64,000 nucleotides of DNA, taken from an uncultured delta proteobacterium. GTDB lineage: Bacteria > Desulfobacterota > Desulfobacteria > Desulfobacterales > Desulfosalsimonadaceae. A model generated the notes under the pieces. The model was not told the DNA's origin, ran no database searches, and saw only the letters and a list, made by a program, of their open reading frames with translations. This document shows positions 36,642 to 47,479 of this stretch, piece after piece; the first letter of the stretch is position 1, and each line of letters starts with the position of its first letter. Location: the NCBI GenBank assembly GCA_963826785.1, contig CAWGYD010000008.1, forward strand, positions 320,001-384,000, read 5' to 3'. Position numbers and translations under genes: made by a program.

Positions 36642-38194
36642 GCATGAACAACAAGACCCGATTTCCGGTTTTCATTATTGTGATCACCATCCTGCTGACC
36701 CTTTTGATTGCCGGAGGGGCCGCCTGGTTTCTCGGTTATCTGGGCCCGAAATTTCACCAGGAGAGTGCCCGGACTGCCGGGGAAAAACAGCTTTACACCT
36801 GCGGCATGCATCCGGAAGTCATCCGGGAAAAGCCCGGCAACTGCCCCTTGTGCGGCATGAAACTGGTGCCCGTGAAAAAGGGGGCCGAAGCGTCCCCGCC
36901 GGAAAGCGGTAAGGGCAAAATCGCCTACTGGCGGGCGCCCATGAACCCCAACGAAATATATGACAAGCCGGGAAAGAGTGCCATGGGAATGGATCTGGTG
37001 CCGGTTTATGAAGACCAGGTCAAAGCGGGGGCCACCATTGTAGTTGATCCGGTCACCCAGCAGGATATGGGACTGCGGACGGCCGTGGTGGAAAAAGGCC
37101 CCCTGGTCCACACCATCCGGACTTACGGGCACGTCACCTATGATGAGACCCTGCTGGCCGTGGTAAACCTGACGTTTTCCGGCTGGATCGAAAAACTCTA
37201 CGTGGATTTCACCGGCCAGCGGGTGGAAAAGGGAAAACCCCTGTTTGACATCTATTCCCCCGACCTGATCACCGTCCAGCAGGACTACCTGGAAGCCTGG
37301 CGGAATTACCAGAGCAACAAATCGGATACTTTCAAGCAGCGCTTGAACACCGTACGCAAGCGGCTCTCGTTCTACAACATCAGCGATGCGGAAATCGAGA
37401 AAATCAAAAATCAGAATCAAGTCCTTCAGACCATTACCATCTATTCCCCGGTTTCCGGGGTGGTGATCGAAAAGCATGCGGTGGAAGGCGGCTATATCAA
37501 GGCGGGCAGCAGTGTATATGAAATCGCCGACCTGTCGAAGGTGTGGGTGGAAGCCCACATATTCGAATATGAATTCCAGGCCGTCCATACCGGTCTGCCG
37601 GTGGAAATGACCCTTCCCTATATGCCGGGCCGGCACTACACCGGCGAAGTGCTTTTCATCTACCCCTACCTGCAGCGCAAGACCCGGGACGTGGTGGTCC
37701 GGCTGACCTTCGACAACCCGGAAAACGACCTCAAGCCCGACATGTACGCGGATGTAAAGATCCGCACCTCGGTGGCAAAGGAAGGCATCCGCATCCCCGA
37801 AGAGGCGGTGATCCGTTCCGGGGAGCGCAACATCGTATTCGTCACCCGGGAGAAAGGAAAATTCATTCCCCGTGAAGTGACCCTGGGCATGCCCCTGGAC
37901 AACGGCATGATCCAGATCTTGTCGGGCGTCGCCCCCGGAGAAACCATCGTCACCTCGGGCCAGTTCCTGCTCGACTCCGAATCCAAGCTCAAAGAGGCCA
38001 TCGAGAAGATGCGGGAACCGCAGCCCCAAACCCAAAAGCAGGCGGCACCGCAGAAACCGGCCCCACCTCCCGGGTTTTTCGATGAATTGAAAAAAGAGCC
38101 GCCCCCGGCTCCGACGGGTTTTTTCAAGGATTTAAAACAGATGGACAACGGCCAGGCCGGTTCCGGCAAAAACGCCTCGGGGGATGCCAGATGA
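36638..38194 (+). CDS. cusB: Heavy-metal RND periplasmic adaptor (CusB-like) with N-terminal metal-binding domains
   Basis: YTCGMHP...PGNCPLCGMKLVP; YWRAPMNP...PGKSAMGMDLVPVY; GWIEKLY; LKPDMY; GQFLLDSES. Confidence 0.9.
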   Translation: MSMNNKTRFPVFIIVITILLTLLIAGGAAWFLGYLGPKFHQESARTAGEKQLYTCGMHPEVIREKPGNCPLCGMKLVPVKKGAEASPPESGKGKIAYWRAPMNPNEIYDKPGKSAMGMDLVPVYEDQVKAGATIVVDPVTQQDMGLRTAVVEKGPLVHTIRTYGHVTYDETLLAVVNLTFSGWIEKLYVDFTGQRVEKGKPLFDIYSPDLITVQQDYLEAWRNYQSNKSDTFKQRLNTVRKRLSFYNISDAEIEKIKNQNQVLQTITIYSPVSGVVIEKHAVEGGYIKAGSSVYEIADLSKVWVEAHIFEYEFQAVHTGLPVEMTLPYMPGRHYTGEVLFIYPYLQRKTRDVVVRLTFDNPENDLKPDMYADVKIRTSVAKEGIRIPEEAVIRSGERNIVFVTREKGKFIPREVTLGMPLDNGMIQILSGVAPGETIVTSGQFLLDSESKLKEAIEKMREPQPQTQKQAAPQKPAPPPGFFDELKKEPPPAPTGFFKDLKQMDNGQAGSGKNASGDAR

Positions 38195-41100
38195 TTCACA
38201 GGATTATCGAATGGTCCGTCCGCAACAAATTCATGGTGATCCTGGCCACGCTCTTTATCATCATCGGAGGAATCTACGCCCTGGAGTCCATCCCCCTGGA
38301 TGCCATCCCGGATCTCTCCGATGTCCAGGTCATCATCTACACCGACTATCCCGGCCAGGGCCCCCAGGTGGTGGAGGACCAGGTCACCTACCCGCTGACC
38401 ACCACCATGCTGAGCGTCCCCTATGCCAAGGTGGTGCGGGGATATTCTTTTTTCGGGCTCTCCTTCGTCTACATCATCTTTGAAGACGGCACCGATCTGT
38501 ACTGGGCCCGCTCCCGGGTGCTGGAGTATCTGAACGGCGCCGCCGCCCGGCTTCCTGCCGGGGTCACTCCCCGGCTGGGGCCGGACGCCACCGGGGTAGG
38601 CTGGGTATTCGAGTATGTCCTGACCGATACCTCGGGCAAGCACGACCTCTCCCAGCTCCGCAGCATCCAGGACTGGTATCTGCGCTATCAGCTGATGAGT
38701 GTCCCCGGCGTGGCCGAGGTGGCCAGCATCGGCGGGTTCGTCAAGCAGTACCAGGTGGAGGTGGACCCCAACAAGCTGCTGGCCTATGACCTGTCCCTGC
38801 AGAAAGTCCGTGCCGCCATCAAGAAAAGCAACAACGACGTGGGGGGCCGGCTCATTGAAATGGGGGAAACCGAGTTCATGGTCCGGGGTCTGGGATACAT
38901 CAAGTCCCTTCACGACCTGGAGCAGATCGCCGTGGGCGTGGACGAAATGGGAACCCCCATCCTGCTCAAAAGCATCGCCTATATCCACCTGGGGCCCGAA
39001 CTCCGGCGCGGGGTACTGGACTGGAACGGCGAGGGGGAAGCCGCCGGCGGCATCGTCATCATGCGCTACGGCGAAAACGCCCTTCAGGTGATCCAGGGGG
39101 TGAAACAGAAACTGGCCGACCTGAAAAAGGGGCTGCCCGAAGGGGTTGAGATCAAGATCGGCTACGACCGCTCGGGCCTGATCGAACGGGCTATTTCCAC
39201 GCTCAAGCAAAAATTGGTGGAGGAAATGACGGTAGTGGCCATCATCTGCATCCTCTTTCTGCTCCACTTCCGGTCCGCCTTCGTGGCCCTGTTCACCCTG
39301 CCGGTGGGCGTGCTGATGTCGTTTCTGGTCATCTATCCGCTGGGGATCAACGCCAACATCATGAGCCTGGGGGGGATCGCCATCGCCATCGGGGTCATGG
39401 TGGATGCCTCCATCGTCATGGTGGAAAACGCCCACAAGCACCTGGAGCGCGACAGCGGCAGCAAGCCCCACGCCCAGATCATCCTGGATGCCGCCAAGGA
39501 AGTCGGTCCCGCCCTGTTCTACAGTCTGCTGATCATCACGGTCTCCTTTGTCCCGGTGTTTTCGCTGCAGGAGCAGTCCGGCCGGATGTTCAAGCCCCTG
39601 GCCTACACCAAGACATTTGCCATGGCCGCCTCCTCGATACTGGCCATCACCATCATTCCGGTGCTCATGACCTTCTTTGTCCGGGAAACCCCCTTTGCAC
39701 CGGAGACATCAAAAAAATTCCGCATCGGCGTTTGGATCACCGCCATGGCGGGCCCCATCCTGCTGGTGATTGCAGCCGGTCTCATGGGGCTTACCCTGCC
39801 GGGCTGGAGCCTGGCCGCGGCCGTGGCCGCATCGATTTTCGCGCTGTTCTGCCTGATTCCGCAGAAGATCATGCCGGAAGAAAAAAATCCACTGAGCCGC
39901 TTTTTCGTACGCATCTACCACCCCATCATCTCCCTGGTGCTCAACTACCGCAAAACCACGGTGCTGGTGGCCATCCTCATCCTGGCGGCCACCTGGTACC
40001 CGGCCACCCGGCTGGGGAGTGAATTCATGCCCCCCTTAAACGAAGGCAGCCTGCTCTACATGCCCACCACATTGCCGGGCATCTCCATCACCGAAGCGCG
40101 GGCGGTGCTCCAGCAGACCGACCGGATCATCGCTTCATTTCCCGAAGTCGAGACGGTGTTCGGCAAGATCGGCCGGGCGGAGACCGCCACGGACCCCGCC
40201 CCGCTCACCATGATCGAAACCACCATCATGCTCTACCCCCAGGTGGTGTATGAAAAAATTCCGGTCAAACGGTTCTACTCCGACTGGCCGCAATGGGCCC
40301 ATGCCCCCTTTTCCTGGATCTGGCCGGAATACAAACAGGGCAGAATCCTCCATGAATGGCAAAAGAAGAAGATCGACCGGTTCTTCTCCGGGTGGCCGGG
40401 ATGGCTGAAGGCGCCGCTGGCCTGGATATGGCCCGAGGAGCGCTACATCACCATCGATGAACTGGCCCAGGATTACCTGAATCCGGCCATTTCCTTCCCG
40501 GGGCTGACCAACGCCTGGACCATGCCGATCAAGACCCGCATCGACATGCTTTCCACCGGCATCAAGACCCCGGTGGGGATCAAGCTGATGGGGCCGGACC
40601 TGTCCGTCCTGTCGGATCTCGGCACGCAGATCGAGGCGGTGATCAAGGGGATTCCGGAAACCCTTTCCGTCTATTCCGAACGGGTGACCGGCGGCAATTA
40701 CCTCGATTTTGATATCAACCGGCATGAAATCGCGCGTTACGGGCTGACCATAGAGGATGTGCAGGATGTGATCATGTCCGCCGTGGGGGGGATGAACGTG
40801 ACCCAGACGGTGGAAGGACTGGAGCGCTATCCGGTCAGCGTGCGCTACCTGCGGGAGTTGCGGGACAATATCTCCCAGCTCAAGCGGGTGCTGGTATCGA
40901 CGCCCACCGGAGGGCACGTGCCTTTGGCCCAGCTGGCGGACATTAAAATCCATAAAGGGCCGGCCATGATCAAGAGTGAAAACTCGCGCAAATCCGCCTG
41001 GATCTTCGTGGATCTCAAGGGGATGGACGTGGGCTCTTACGTGGCTCATGCACAGAAGCTGGTGGATGCCCGCATCGACCTGCCCACGGGCTACTCCATG

Positions 41101-41670
41101 GTCTGGTCCGGCCAGTACGAATACATGCAAAAGGCGCGCAAAACCTTAAACCTGGTGGTCCCGCTCACCCTGGTGCTGATTTTCATCCTGCTTTTCGTGC
41201 ATTTCAGAAACGTCATCGAATCGATGATCGTGATGGGCAGCCTCCCCTTTGCCCTGGTGGGGGGCGTTTGGCTGCTTTATCTTTTACATTATAACGTGTC
41301 GGTGGCCGTGGTGGTGGGGTTTATCGCCCTGGCCGGCCTGGCATCGGAGACCGGGGTGGTCATGCTGGTATACCTGGACGAGGCCTATGAGCGTTATCGG
41401 GATGCCGGGAAAATGGAAAGTCCCGCGCAGCTCAATGCCGCCATTATCGAAGGGGCGGTGGAGCGGGTCCGGCCCAAGCTGATGACGGTGGCCACCACGC
41501 TGATCGGCCTGCTGCCGGTGATGATCGGGACGGAAACCGGCTCCCAGGTAATGAAGCGGATCGCCGCGCCCATGGTGGGCGGGCTGATTTCCTCCACCAT
41601 TTTGACGCTGATTATCATCCCGGCCGTCTACGACCTCTGGAAAAGGCGCAGTCTCGGCCGGAAAGATTGA
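38191..41670 (+). CDS. cusA: CusA/SilA family Cu(I)/Ag(I) RND efflux permease
   Basis: DAIPDLSDVQVII, LGPDATGVGW, MSLGGIAIAIGVMVD; Met triad contexts LLYMP, PLTMIET, RIDMLSTG; RVRPKLMT. Confidence 0.95.
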   Translation: MIHRIIEWSVRNKFMVILATLFIIIGGIYALESIPLDAIPDLSDVQVIIYTDYPGQGPQVVEDQVTYPLTTTMLSVPYAKVVRGYSFFGLSFVYIIFEDGTDLYWARSRVLEYLNGAAARLPAGVTPRLGPDATGVGWVFEYVLTDTSGKHDLSQLRSIQDWYLRYQLMSVPGVAEVASIGGFVKQYQVEVDPNKLLAYDLSLQKVRAAIKKSNNDVGGRLIEMGETEFMVRGLGYIKSLHDLEQIAVGVDEMGTPILLKSIAYIHLGPELRRGVLDWNGEGEAAGGIVIMRYGENALQVIQGVKQKLADLKKGLPEGVEIKIGYDRSGLIERAISTLKQKLVEEMTVVAIICILFLLHFRSAFVALFTLPVGVLMSFLVIYPLGINANIMSLGGIAIAIGVMVDASIVMVENAHKHLERDSGSKPHAQIILDAAKEVGPALFYSLLIITVSFVPVFSLQEQSGRMFKPLAYTKTFAMAASSILAITIIPVLMTFFVRETPFAPETSKKFRIGVWITAMAGPILLVIAAGLMGLTLPGWSLAAAVAASIFALFCLIPQKIMPEEKNPLSRFFVRIYHPIISLVLNYRKTTVLVAILILAATWYPATRLGSEFMPPLNEGSLLYMPTTLPGISITEARAVLQQTDRIIASFPEVETVFGKIGRAETATDPAPLTMIETTIMLYPQVVYEKIPVKRFYSDWPQWAHAPFSWIWPEYKQGRILHEWQKKKIDRFFSGWPGWLKAPLAWIWPEERYITIDELAQDYLNPAISFPGLTNAWTMPIKTRIDMLSTGIKTPVGIKLMGPDLSVLSDLGTQIEAVIKGIPETLSVYSERVTGGNYLDFDINRHEIARYGLTIEDVQDVIMSAVGGMNVTQTVEGLERYPVSVRYLRELRDNISQLKRVLVSTPTGGHVPLAQLADIKIHKGPAMIKSENSRKSAWIFVDLKGMDVGSYVAHAQKLVDARIDLPTGYSMVWSGQYEYMQKARKTLNLVVPLTLVLIFILLFVHFRNVIESMIVMGSLPFALVGGVWLLYLLHYNVSVAVVVGFIALAGLASETGVVMLVYLDEAYERYRDAGKMESPAQLNAAIIEGAVERVRPKLMTVATTLIGLLPVMIGTETGSQVMKRIAAPMVGGLISSTILTLIIIPAVYDLWKRRSLGRKD

Positions 41671-41783
41671 ATGGAAGGCGATATTTGCGGGAGAATCAAA
41701 AAGGCATGCACGTGAACGAAAACCCGGCAGAAACTTTTCCAGACAATAGTGTAAAAAATGCATTAAATTAAGGAGAATCCCAC

Positions 41784-42252
41784 ATGAACCGAGAAAGAAC
41801 ATATATGATCATTTTCGCCCTTATCCTTTTCACCGCCGCACCGGCTCTTTGCGCAAAACCAGACGGATCACGGGAATATGAATATGCCCATGGCGGGAGA
41901 AAGCCATGCTGCGGGCCAGGCTATCGCAAAAGACACCGTGGACGGCTACACCCTGTCTTACCGCCTGATCGACATGCGTCAGATGGCAAAAGAAATGCCG
42001 GAAATGACCGCCACGCATCACCTGATGCTCTACATCACCGATCCCCAGGGACAGCCGGTGACAAACGCCACGGTGGGTTTTCTGATCGAAGGTCCGGACG
42101 GATCGGAACAGCAGGTGATGGCCATGTCAATGGGCGACGGGTACGGGTCGGACGTCAGTATCAAACAGCCCGGAAAATACATTGTCAAGGCCAAGGCGGT
42201 GACCGGGGAAAAGACGCTTCTGGATGAATTCAGCTATGAATTGGCGGATTGA
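41784..42252 (+). CDS. Small exported Met/His-rich protein (FixH/YtkA-like fold suspected), split by a frameshift in the A-run 41855-41858
   Basis: AGGAG RBS and signal peptide; removing one A gives ALCA-NQTDHGNMNMPMAGESH...ATHHLMLYITDPQGQPV...MAMSMGDGYG. Confidence 0.75.
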
Positions 42253-42351
42253 TTATTAACCCAAACCCCTTGACCGCGGGTCCATTATAATCTATGGGAT
42301 CTGTTTCTGGAAAAAGACAGATCGTACACGAAAATCGAAAGGATATACCCG

Positions 42352-43020
42352 ATGTCCCGACCCGCTATCAACCAGCGCTTTATGCTGGAGCCCCGCTCTC
42401 TGAAAGTAAACGAAACGCGGCTGGAGATATTCTGCATAAAAAACCTCGATCCGTTTATCCGGCAGCTGGAGGAAAAAGGCGACGCCTACGTGCCGGAGTT
42501 TCCCTTCTGGGTCAAGGTCTGGGAAGCGTCCCTGGTGCTCCTCGATTACCTGGCGAACAGGGACCTGGGGAAAAACCGCAGGATCCTGGAAATCGGCGCC
42601 GGCATGGGAGTGGTGGGGCTGTTTCTGGGATCACTGGGGCATCGGGTGACCATCACCGACAACAACCCCGATGCCCTGGAACTGGCGGAATACAACGTCC
42701 GGCACAACGGCCTCGAAACCGTGGACGTCCAATACCTGGACTGGAACCAGCCGCAGTTTGATGAAAAATTCGATATCGTCTGCGGCGCCGAACTGCTCTA
42801 CAATGAGTCCGCCGTGGAACCGGTCCTTGCCATCTGCCGCGGCCTGCTCGAAACTAAAGGCACTGCATACCTGGCCCACAACCGCATGCGGCGGTTTCTG
42901 CCCCCCTTTGCCCTGCTGGCCTCAGAGACATTCAACGTAAAAACCGTGGACAAGATCCTGACCGGAAAGGATGTTGCCCAGAAAGTCATTCTCCACATCC
43001 TTTCAACCCGAAATTCGTGA
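42352..43020 (+). CDS. SAM-dependent methyltransferase (Methyltransf_16-like)
   Basis: PFWVKVWEAS, LEIGAGMG, LDW, GAELLY. Confidence 0.85.
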   Translation: MSRPAINQRFMLEPRSLKVNETRLEIFCIKNLDPFIRQLEEKGDAYVPEFPFWVKVWEASLVLLDYLANRDLGKNRRILEIGAGMGVVGLFLGSLGHRVTITDNNPDALELAEYNVRHNGLETVDVQYLDWNQPQFDEKFDIVCGAELLYNESAVEPVLAICRGLLETKGTAYLAHNRMRRFLPPFALLASETFNVKTVDKILTGKDVAQKVILHILSTRNS

Positions 43021-43128
43021 AGCAGGCTAATAAAAAAGCCGTTTTTTCCAGACCAGGGAAACAACGGCTTTGATAAGGAACAGGCATTATATGAAAAAAG
43101 GCTCCCCACGGGAGCCGATTTAAATACC

Positions 43129-43338
43129 TCACCCCTTGGGCGCACAGGAAGACGGCCGGAAATTATCGGATCCCGCCGAATGGGCCCCCCGGGTCCGGAC
43201 GCAGCCGGCGGACATCAGCTTGTTGGTTCCCCGGCAGCCGCAGTCGGGACATTCCGGATTTTCACGGTCCCCTCCGATCACCAGCTTTTCAAACCGGCAA
43301 TGGCATTTTCCGCATTCAAATTCATATATCGGCATCAT
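43129..43338 (-). CDS. FmdB family zinc-ribbon protein
   Basis: MPIYEFECGKC...FE...CPDCG...KLMS. Confidence 0.85.
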   Translation of the reverse strand: MMPIYEFECGKCHCRFEKLVIGGDRENPECPDCGCRGTNKLMSAGCVRTRGAHSAGSDNFRPSSCAPKG

Positions 43339-43406
43339 TTTCTCCTTTGTCGCTGAAGTTCAGATTAAAATTCACTTAGGTGAATATAAATCCAATCCCG
43401 GCAAAA

Positions 43407-44962
43407 TCAAGGATGATGCACCTGGAGGCCGACGGGAATTTCGATATCAAAAGTCACCCCTTTTCCAGGAGAACTGGCGCACCGGATGGTTCCGCCCAGG
43501 GTTCGGGTCACCAGGTTGTAGACAATATGCATCCCCAGGCCGGTGCCCCCTTCCCCCCGCCGGGTGGTGAAGAACGGCTCGTATATCCGTTTCAGGGTGT
43601 CTGCATCCATGCCCCGGCCATTGTCGCTGTAGCGCATACGAAGCATCTGTTCATGCAATGAGACTTCCAGCCGGATCACGCCTGTTTTCATATCCGCAAA
43701 CCCATGGATCAGGGAATTCATCATCAGGTTGGTGATGATCTGTGAAAACATACCCGGGTAGCTGTCGATTTCCAGGTGCTCGGGACAGTCCACCTCGATT
43801 TTATGCCCGGTCCGTTTGAACTGGAACTGCATGCTCAAAAGGGTGCCATGGATATAGCTCTTCAGGTCGAATTTCCGGCGGGTTTCCGTGGACTGGTCCA
43901 CGGCGACCTGCTTGAAGTTCTTCACCAGTTCCACCGCCCGGTTCAGGTTATGCACGATAATCGATATGGAATCGGACACCTGCCGGATATATTTTTCAAA
44001 TGCATGTTGATATTAGCCGGATCCAGGGTCCGTCCGGCGATTTCACGGGTTTTTTCCTGAAGAAAAGACGCGGCCGTCACGGTGACGCCGATGGGGGTAT
44101 TGATTTCATGGGCCACCCCGGCCACCAGGCCGCCCAGGGAAGCCATTTTTTCAGCTTCCACCAGCTGCGTCTGGGTCCGGCTCAATTCCGCCATGGAGGC
44201 ATGCAGATCCTGATTGGTCTGAAGCAGTTCTTGAGCCGCCCGGTTCAATTCCGCATTTGAAATCTCCAGACGGTCCTTCTGGATCATAAGCTCCTTCTTG
44301 GTGCGCTTGAGCAGGTCCGATGCGGACGAGACGAGAAATGCCATCACATAGAGGGTGATGCCCAGGCTTGAAATGATCAGCAGCACTTCGGACAATGAAT
44401 AGTGATATCCCCAGGTGTTGTTCTGGTGGGGAATGATCCCGAAATGCTCCATCAGGACCATGGCGGCAAATGAAAATCCGCAGAGGGTGGCGATGATAAA
44501 GGAATACCGCCGGGGCGCGACCACTCCGACATACGCGATGAGCACGCCGTATATAAGCGCCAGATATACCCCTCGGATCCCGCCCAGAAAATAGATGATT
44601 ACCGTATCGCCGATCGCTTCGGCCATGTTGATGGAAAGATTGTAAACTTCCATCGCCGATTTGCCGGTCACCCGCTTCAATCCCCAGAGAAACGGGATGT
44701 TAACCGCGATGATGATCCCGCCGACGATGGTGATGGCGATAATGGAACCGGTATCGATCACGTCAAAAAAGTAGGCCCAGACCAGAAACAGCCATATGAC
44801 AACAATGGCGCCGGTACGGGCAAATGCGCCCCGAAGATGCCGCTGGTAGATAAGCTTGAGCTGGTGGGTGGACAGACGGGAAGCCGAATGGAGAAACGAA
44901 GGATCTGTCTGCGGCTGCAAAATATCTGATGCCTGCTTCAACACTTCTCCTGTAAATTTCAA
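43407..44962 (-). CDS. Membrane sensor histidine kinase (about 6 TM, HisKA, HATPase), split by a frameshift near 44000-44013
   Basis: EKMASLGGLVAGVAHEINTPIG; the frame continues as FEKYIRQVSDSISIIVHNLNRA...QIITNL...HGF...PFFTT...GTGLGM. Confidence 0.85.
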
Positions 44963-45020
44963 TGCATCACGGTGACTTGTGCCGAGAACCGAATTTTTTG
45001 CCGTCGCCGCAATACAATAG

Positions 45021-45049
45021 TTGACAACCCCGAGATCGCATGCTAATTT
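45021..45049 (+). promoter_or_regulatory. sigma70 promoter of tRNA-Pro
   Basis: TTGACA-17 nt-TAATTT with a TGn extension. Confidence 0.65.
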
Positions 45050-45061
45050 TTCTTTTTAATG

Positions 45062-45141
<80 letters not shown>

Positions 45142-45149
45142 AAAAAATC

Positions 45150-45182
45150 AAGGGTTTACGGTTCGTCCGGAGCCCTTTTTTT
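45150..45182 (+). terminator. Terminator-like hairpin after the tRNA
   Basis: AAGGGTTTACGG-TTCG-TCCGGAGCCCTT followed by a T-run. Confidence 0.55.
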
Positions 45183-45426
45183 ATTGCATTTTTTCGCCAG
45201 GGGGCCGTTTTTTCCCGCCACACCTTTTTTCTGCTTCGTAATTGCCAATTTCAAAACTTACCTTAGAGCATCAGCCAAGTCAAACTTTTGATATGAGGTC
45301 TATTTCCGAATGTTGTCCTCCACACTGCCTGCTGTCCCAAACAGAGGGCATTACGGCCCAGGAACCCCGTAAAAACATTGGTTAGGGGCAAAGGGTCCCC
45401 CCCAAACAGGTTTGCTTCAAAGTTAA

Positions 45427-47133
45427 AGTCGCCTGAAAGAAGTCCTTGCCGGAAAGGAATGGACAATCAGTGATCTCATCATATCAAAGGTCACAAAAAA
45501 GCCAATAGTTACAATAAGCCACAGGATCAACACACCAGAAGGCAAGCCGCTCGGAATTGTGGTTGCGGCCATAGACCCTGACAGGATTGGTGAACGGCTC
45601 GGTTTCAATCGATCAGGCGGAGGGATCATCACTTTTTTTGACCGGAATGGAAGAGAGGTCCTTCAGTATCCCTCAGAAAATTGGGATTGGCGGCAGCGGG
45701 GTGCCTATAAAGACTTGCCGGCCATAAGGGTTGCGCTTGGCGGAAAAGAAACCGTGACCACCATCCCTCACTTTCTGGATGGGAAAAAACGGATAGCGGC
45801 AATGGTGCCCGTGCCGATGAACGGGTGGATCGTCTGCGCCAGCCGTCCGACCCGGCAGGTTTTCCAGCCCATCATCCACAGGATCGTCCGGCAAGGGCTT
45901 TTTTTTGTACTTCTTGTGATTTTTGTCTTTGCCATAGCCATGTTTTTTTCACAGCGAATCGTATCTCCTTTGAAAAAACTGCATCAGCATGCACTGGCAT
46001 TAGGCAGCAGCACAGAATACCCCACGCTTGAGATTGACAGTTCTGATGAGGAAATAAAGGATCTTGCCTTTGCCTTCAATAAGATGACGACTGAGATTTC
46101 AAAGCGTGAAAAGGCTTTGGACGAGGCACGCCTGCGCCTTCTTGCCGTTTTGGAAGGTATCCCTGCATTTGTCTACCTGCAAGGCCCGGATTGTGAAATC
46201 AAGTATGCCAACCGCACTTTCCGGGAAACCTTCGGTGACCCTGAAGGCAAGCCATGTCATGAGGTGCTTCGTGGCGAGAACAGTCCGTGTGCCGGTTGTA
46301 CGGTCGATAACATTTTCAATTCCAGGATGGTGCAGGATTGGAAGTGGCGCAGCGTCAACGGTCGAATCTATCATATGCATGATCGCCCGTTTGAAGATTT
46401 TGATGGCACATGCTCAGTGCTTAAGATGGGTTTGGATATCACAGAGCAGGAGCAGGCGGCGGAAAACCTCAGGCAATCTGAAGAACAGTCAAGACAACTC
46501 GCGCTAAGGCTCTTCTCGGCCCAGGAAGAAGAACGGAAACGAATCGCAGGAGAACTTCACGACAGCGTCATGCAGACCCTTGTGGCCATGAAGTTCAGCA
46601 TCGAAAGAGCCGTCCAGAATCCTGACCATGAGCGCACCGATGAAGCCGATCGGTCAATGAAGCTTCTTTTTTCGCTCATTGACAACGCCATGCAAGAGAT
46701 GCGGGCCATCTATTCGGGACTCCGGCCGCCGATGCTGGACAAATCGGGGATCATCGCCACCCTGGACTGGCTATGCCAGAACTTTCAAAAAATATATCCA
46801 ACCCACCAGCTTGAGGCCATTTATGAAATTAAAGAGCAGGAGATCGCGGATAGACTCCAGATCATCATCTTCCGGGTGGCCCAGGAAGCATTGAACAATA
46901 TCGCCAAGTACAGCAAATCAGAGCACGCTCGGATATCTTTGGTCAAAACAGAGGGCCTGATCCGGCTGGATATCATGGATGACGGGGTGGGATTTGATAT
47001 GGAAAATCATCGGCAAGGGCTCGGGTTGATCAGCATGAGAGAGCGCGTTGAACTTTCAGGCGGCAATTTCAAGATTGAATCCCGGCCCGGCCATGGAACC
47101 GCCATCACGGCCGAGTGGCCCCAAGTGGTGTAA
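45427..47133 (+). pseudogene. 5'-truncated sensor histidine kinase (partial dCache, TM, HAMP, PAS, HisKA_3, HATPase)
   Basis: dCache-like coding (EVLAGKEWTISDLIISKVTKKPIVTIS) extends back to an in-frame TAA at 45424 with no first TM helix or start codon; downstream EERKRIAGELHDS, QEALNNI, GLGLISMRER are intact. Confidence 0.7.
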
Positions 47134-47296
47134 GGCCCAATTTGATGGCAAGAGATGCACTGCCCCGGACCAGGAATTCAGCCCCGGCAGTAAGCGCGAG
47201 TAATCCGGCAATAAAAGTAACTATTTCCAAAATCATCCAATTTTCCGTTGGCGCACAGGCTTAAAAACCCTGTGCGCCTGATTCATTTTTCACCGG

Positions 47297-47479
47297 TTAC
47301 AGCAAATATCTGCGGCTGATCCAAAGCGCGATCAGAAAAGCAGCGGCAATCGCGAACATCTTCACCAATCCCATCAGGTTTTCAGCTAATGTGTATGTTT
47401 TTGGGGAATAATCAATTGTCGCTCCTGAAGGGTCTTTGAGTTTCAGCGGGTCTTTTGATCGCAAATCCTGATTGGACAT
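47297..47479 (-). CDS. Small (60 aa) single-TM membrane protein
   Basis: GGGAGG RBS before ATG 47479; MSNQDLRSKDP...MFAIAAAFLIALWISRRYLL. Confidence 0.55.
   Translation of the reverse strand: MSNQDLRSKDPLKLKDPSGATIDYSPKTYTLAENLMGLVKMFAIAAAFLIALWISRRYLL

Noticed and set aside
36572..41130. Long minus-strand ORFs (487, 601 and 331 aa) opposite cusB and cusA
   Set aside because: Antisense shadows typical of GC-rich coding DNA; no recognisable motifs
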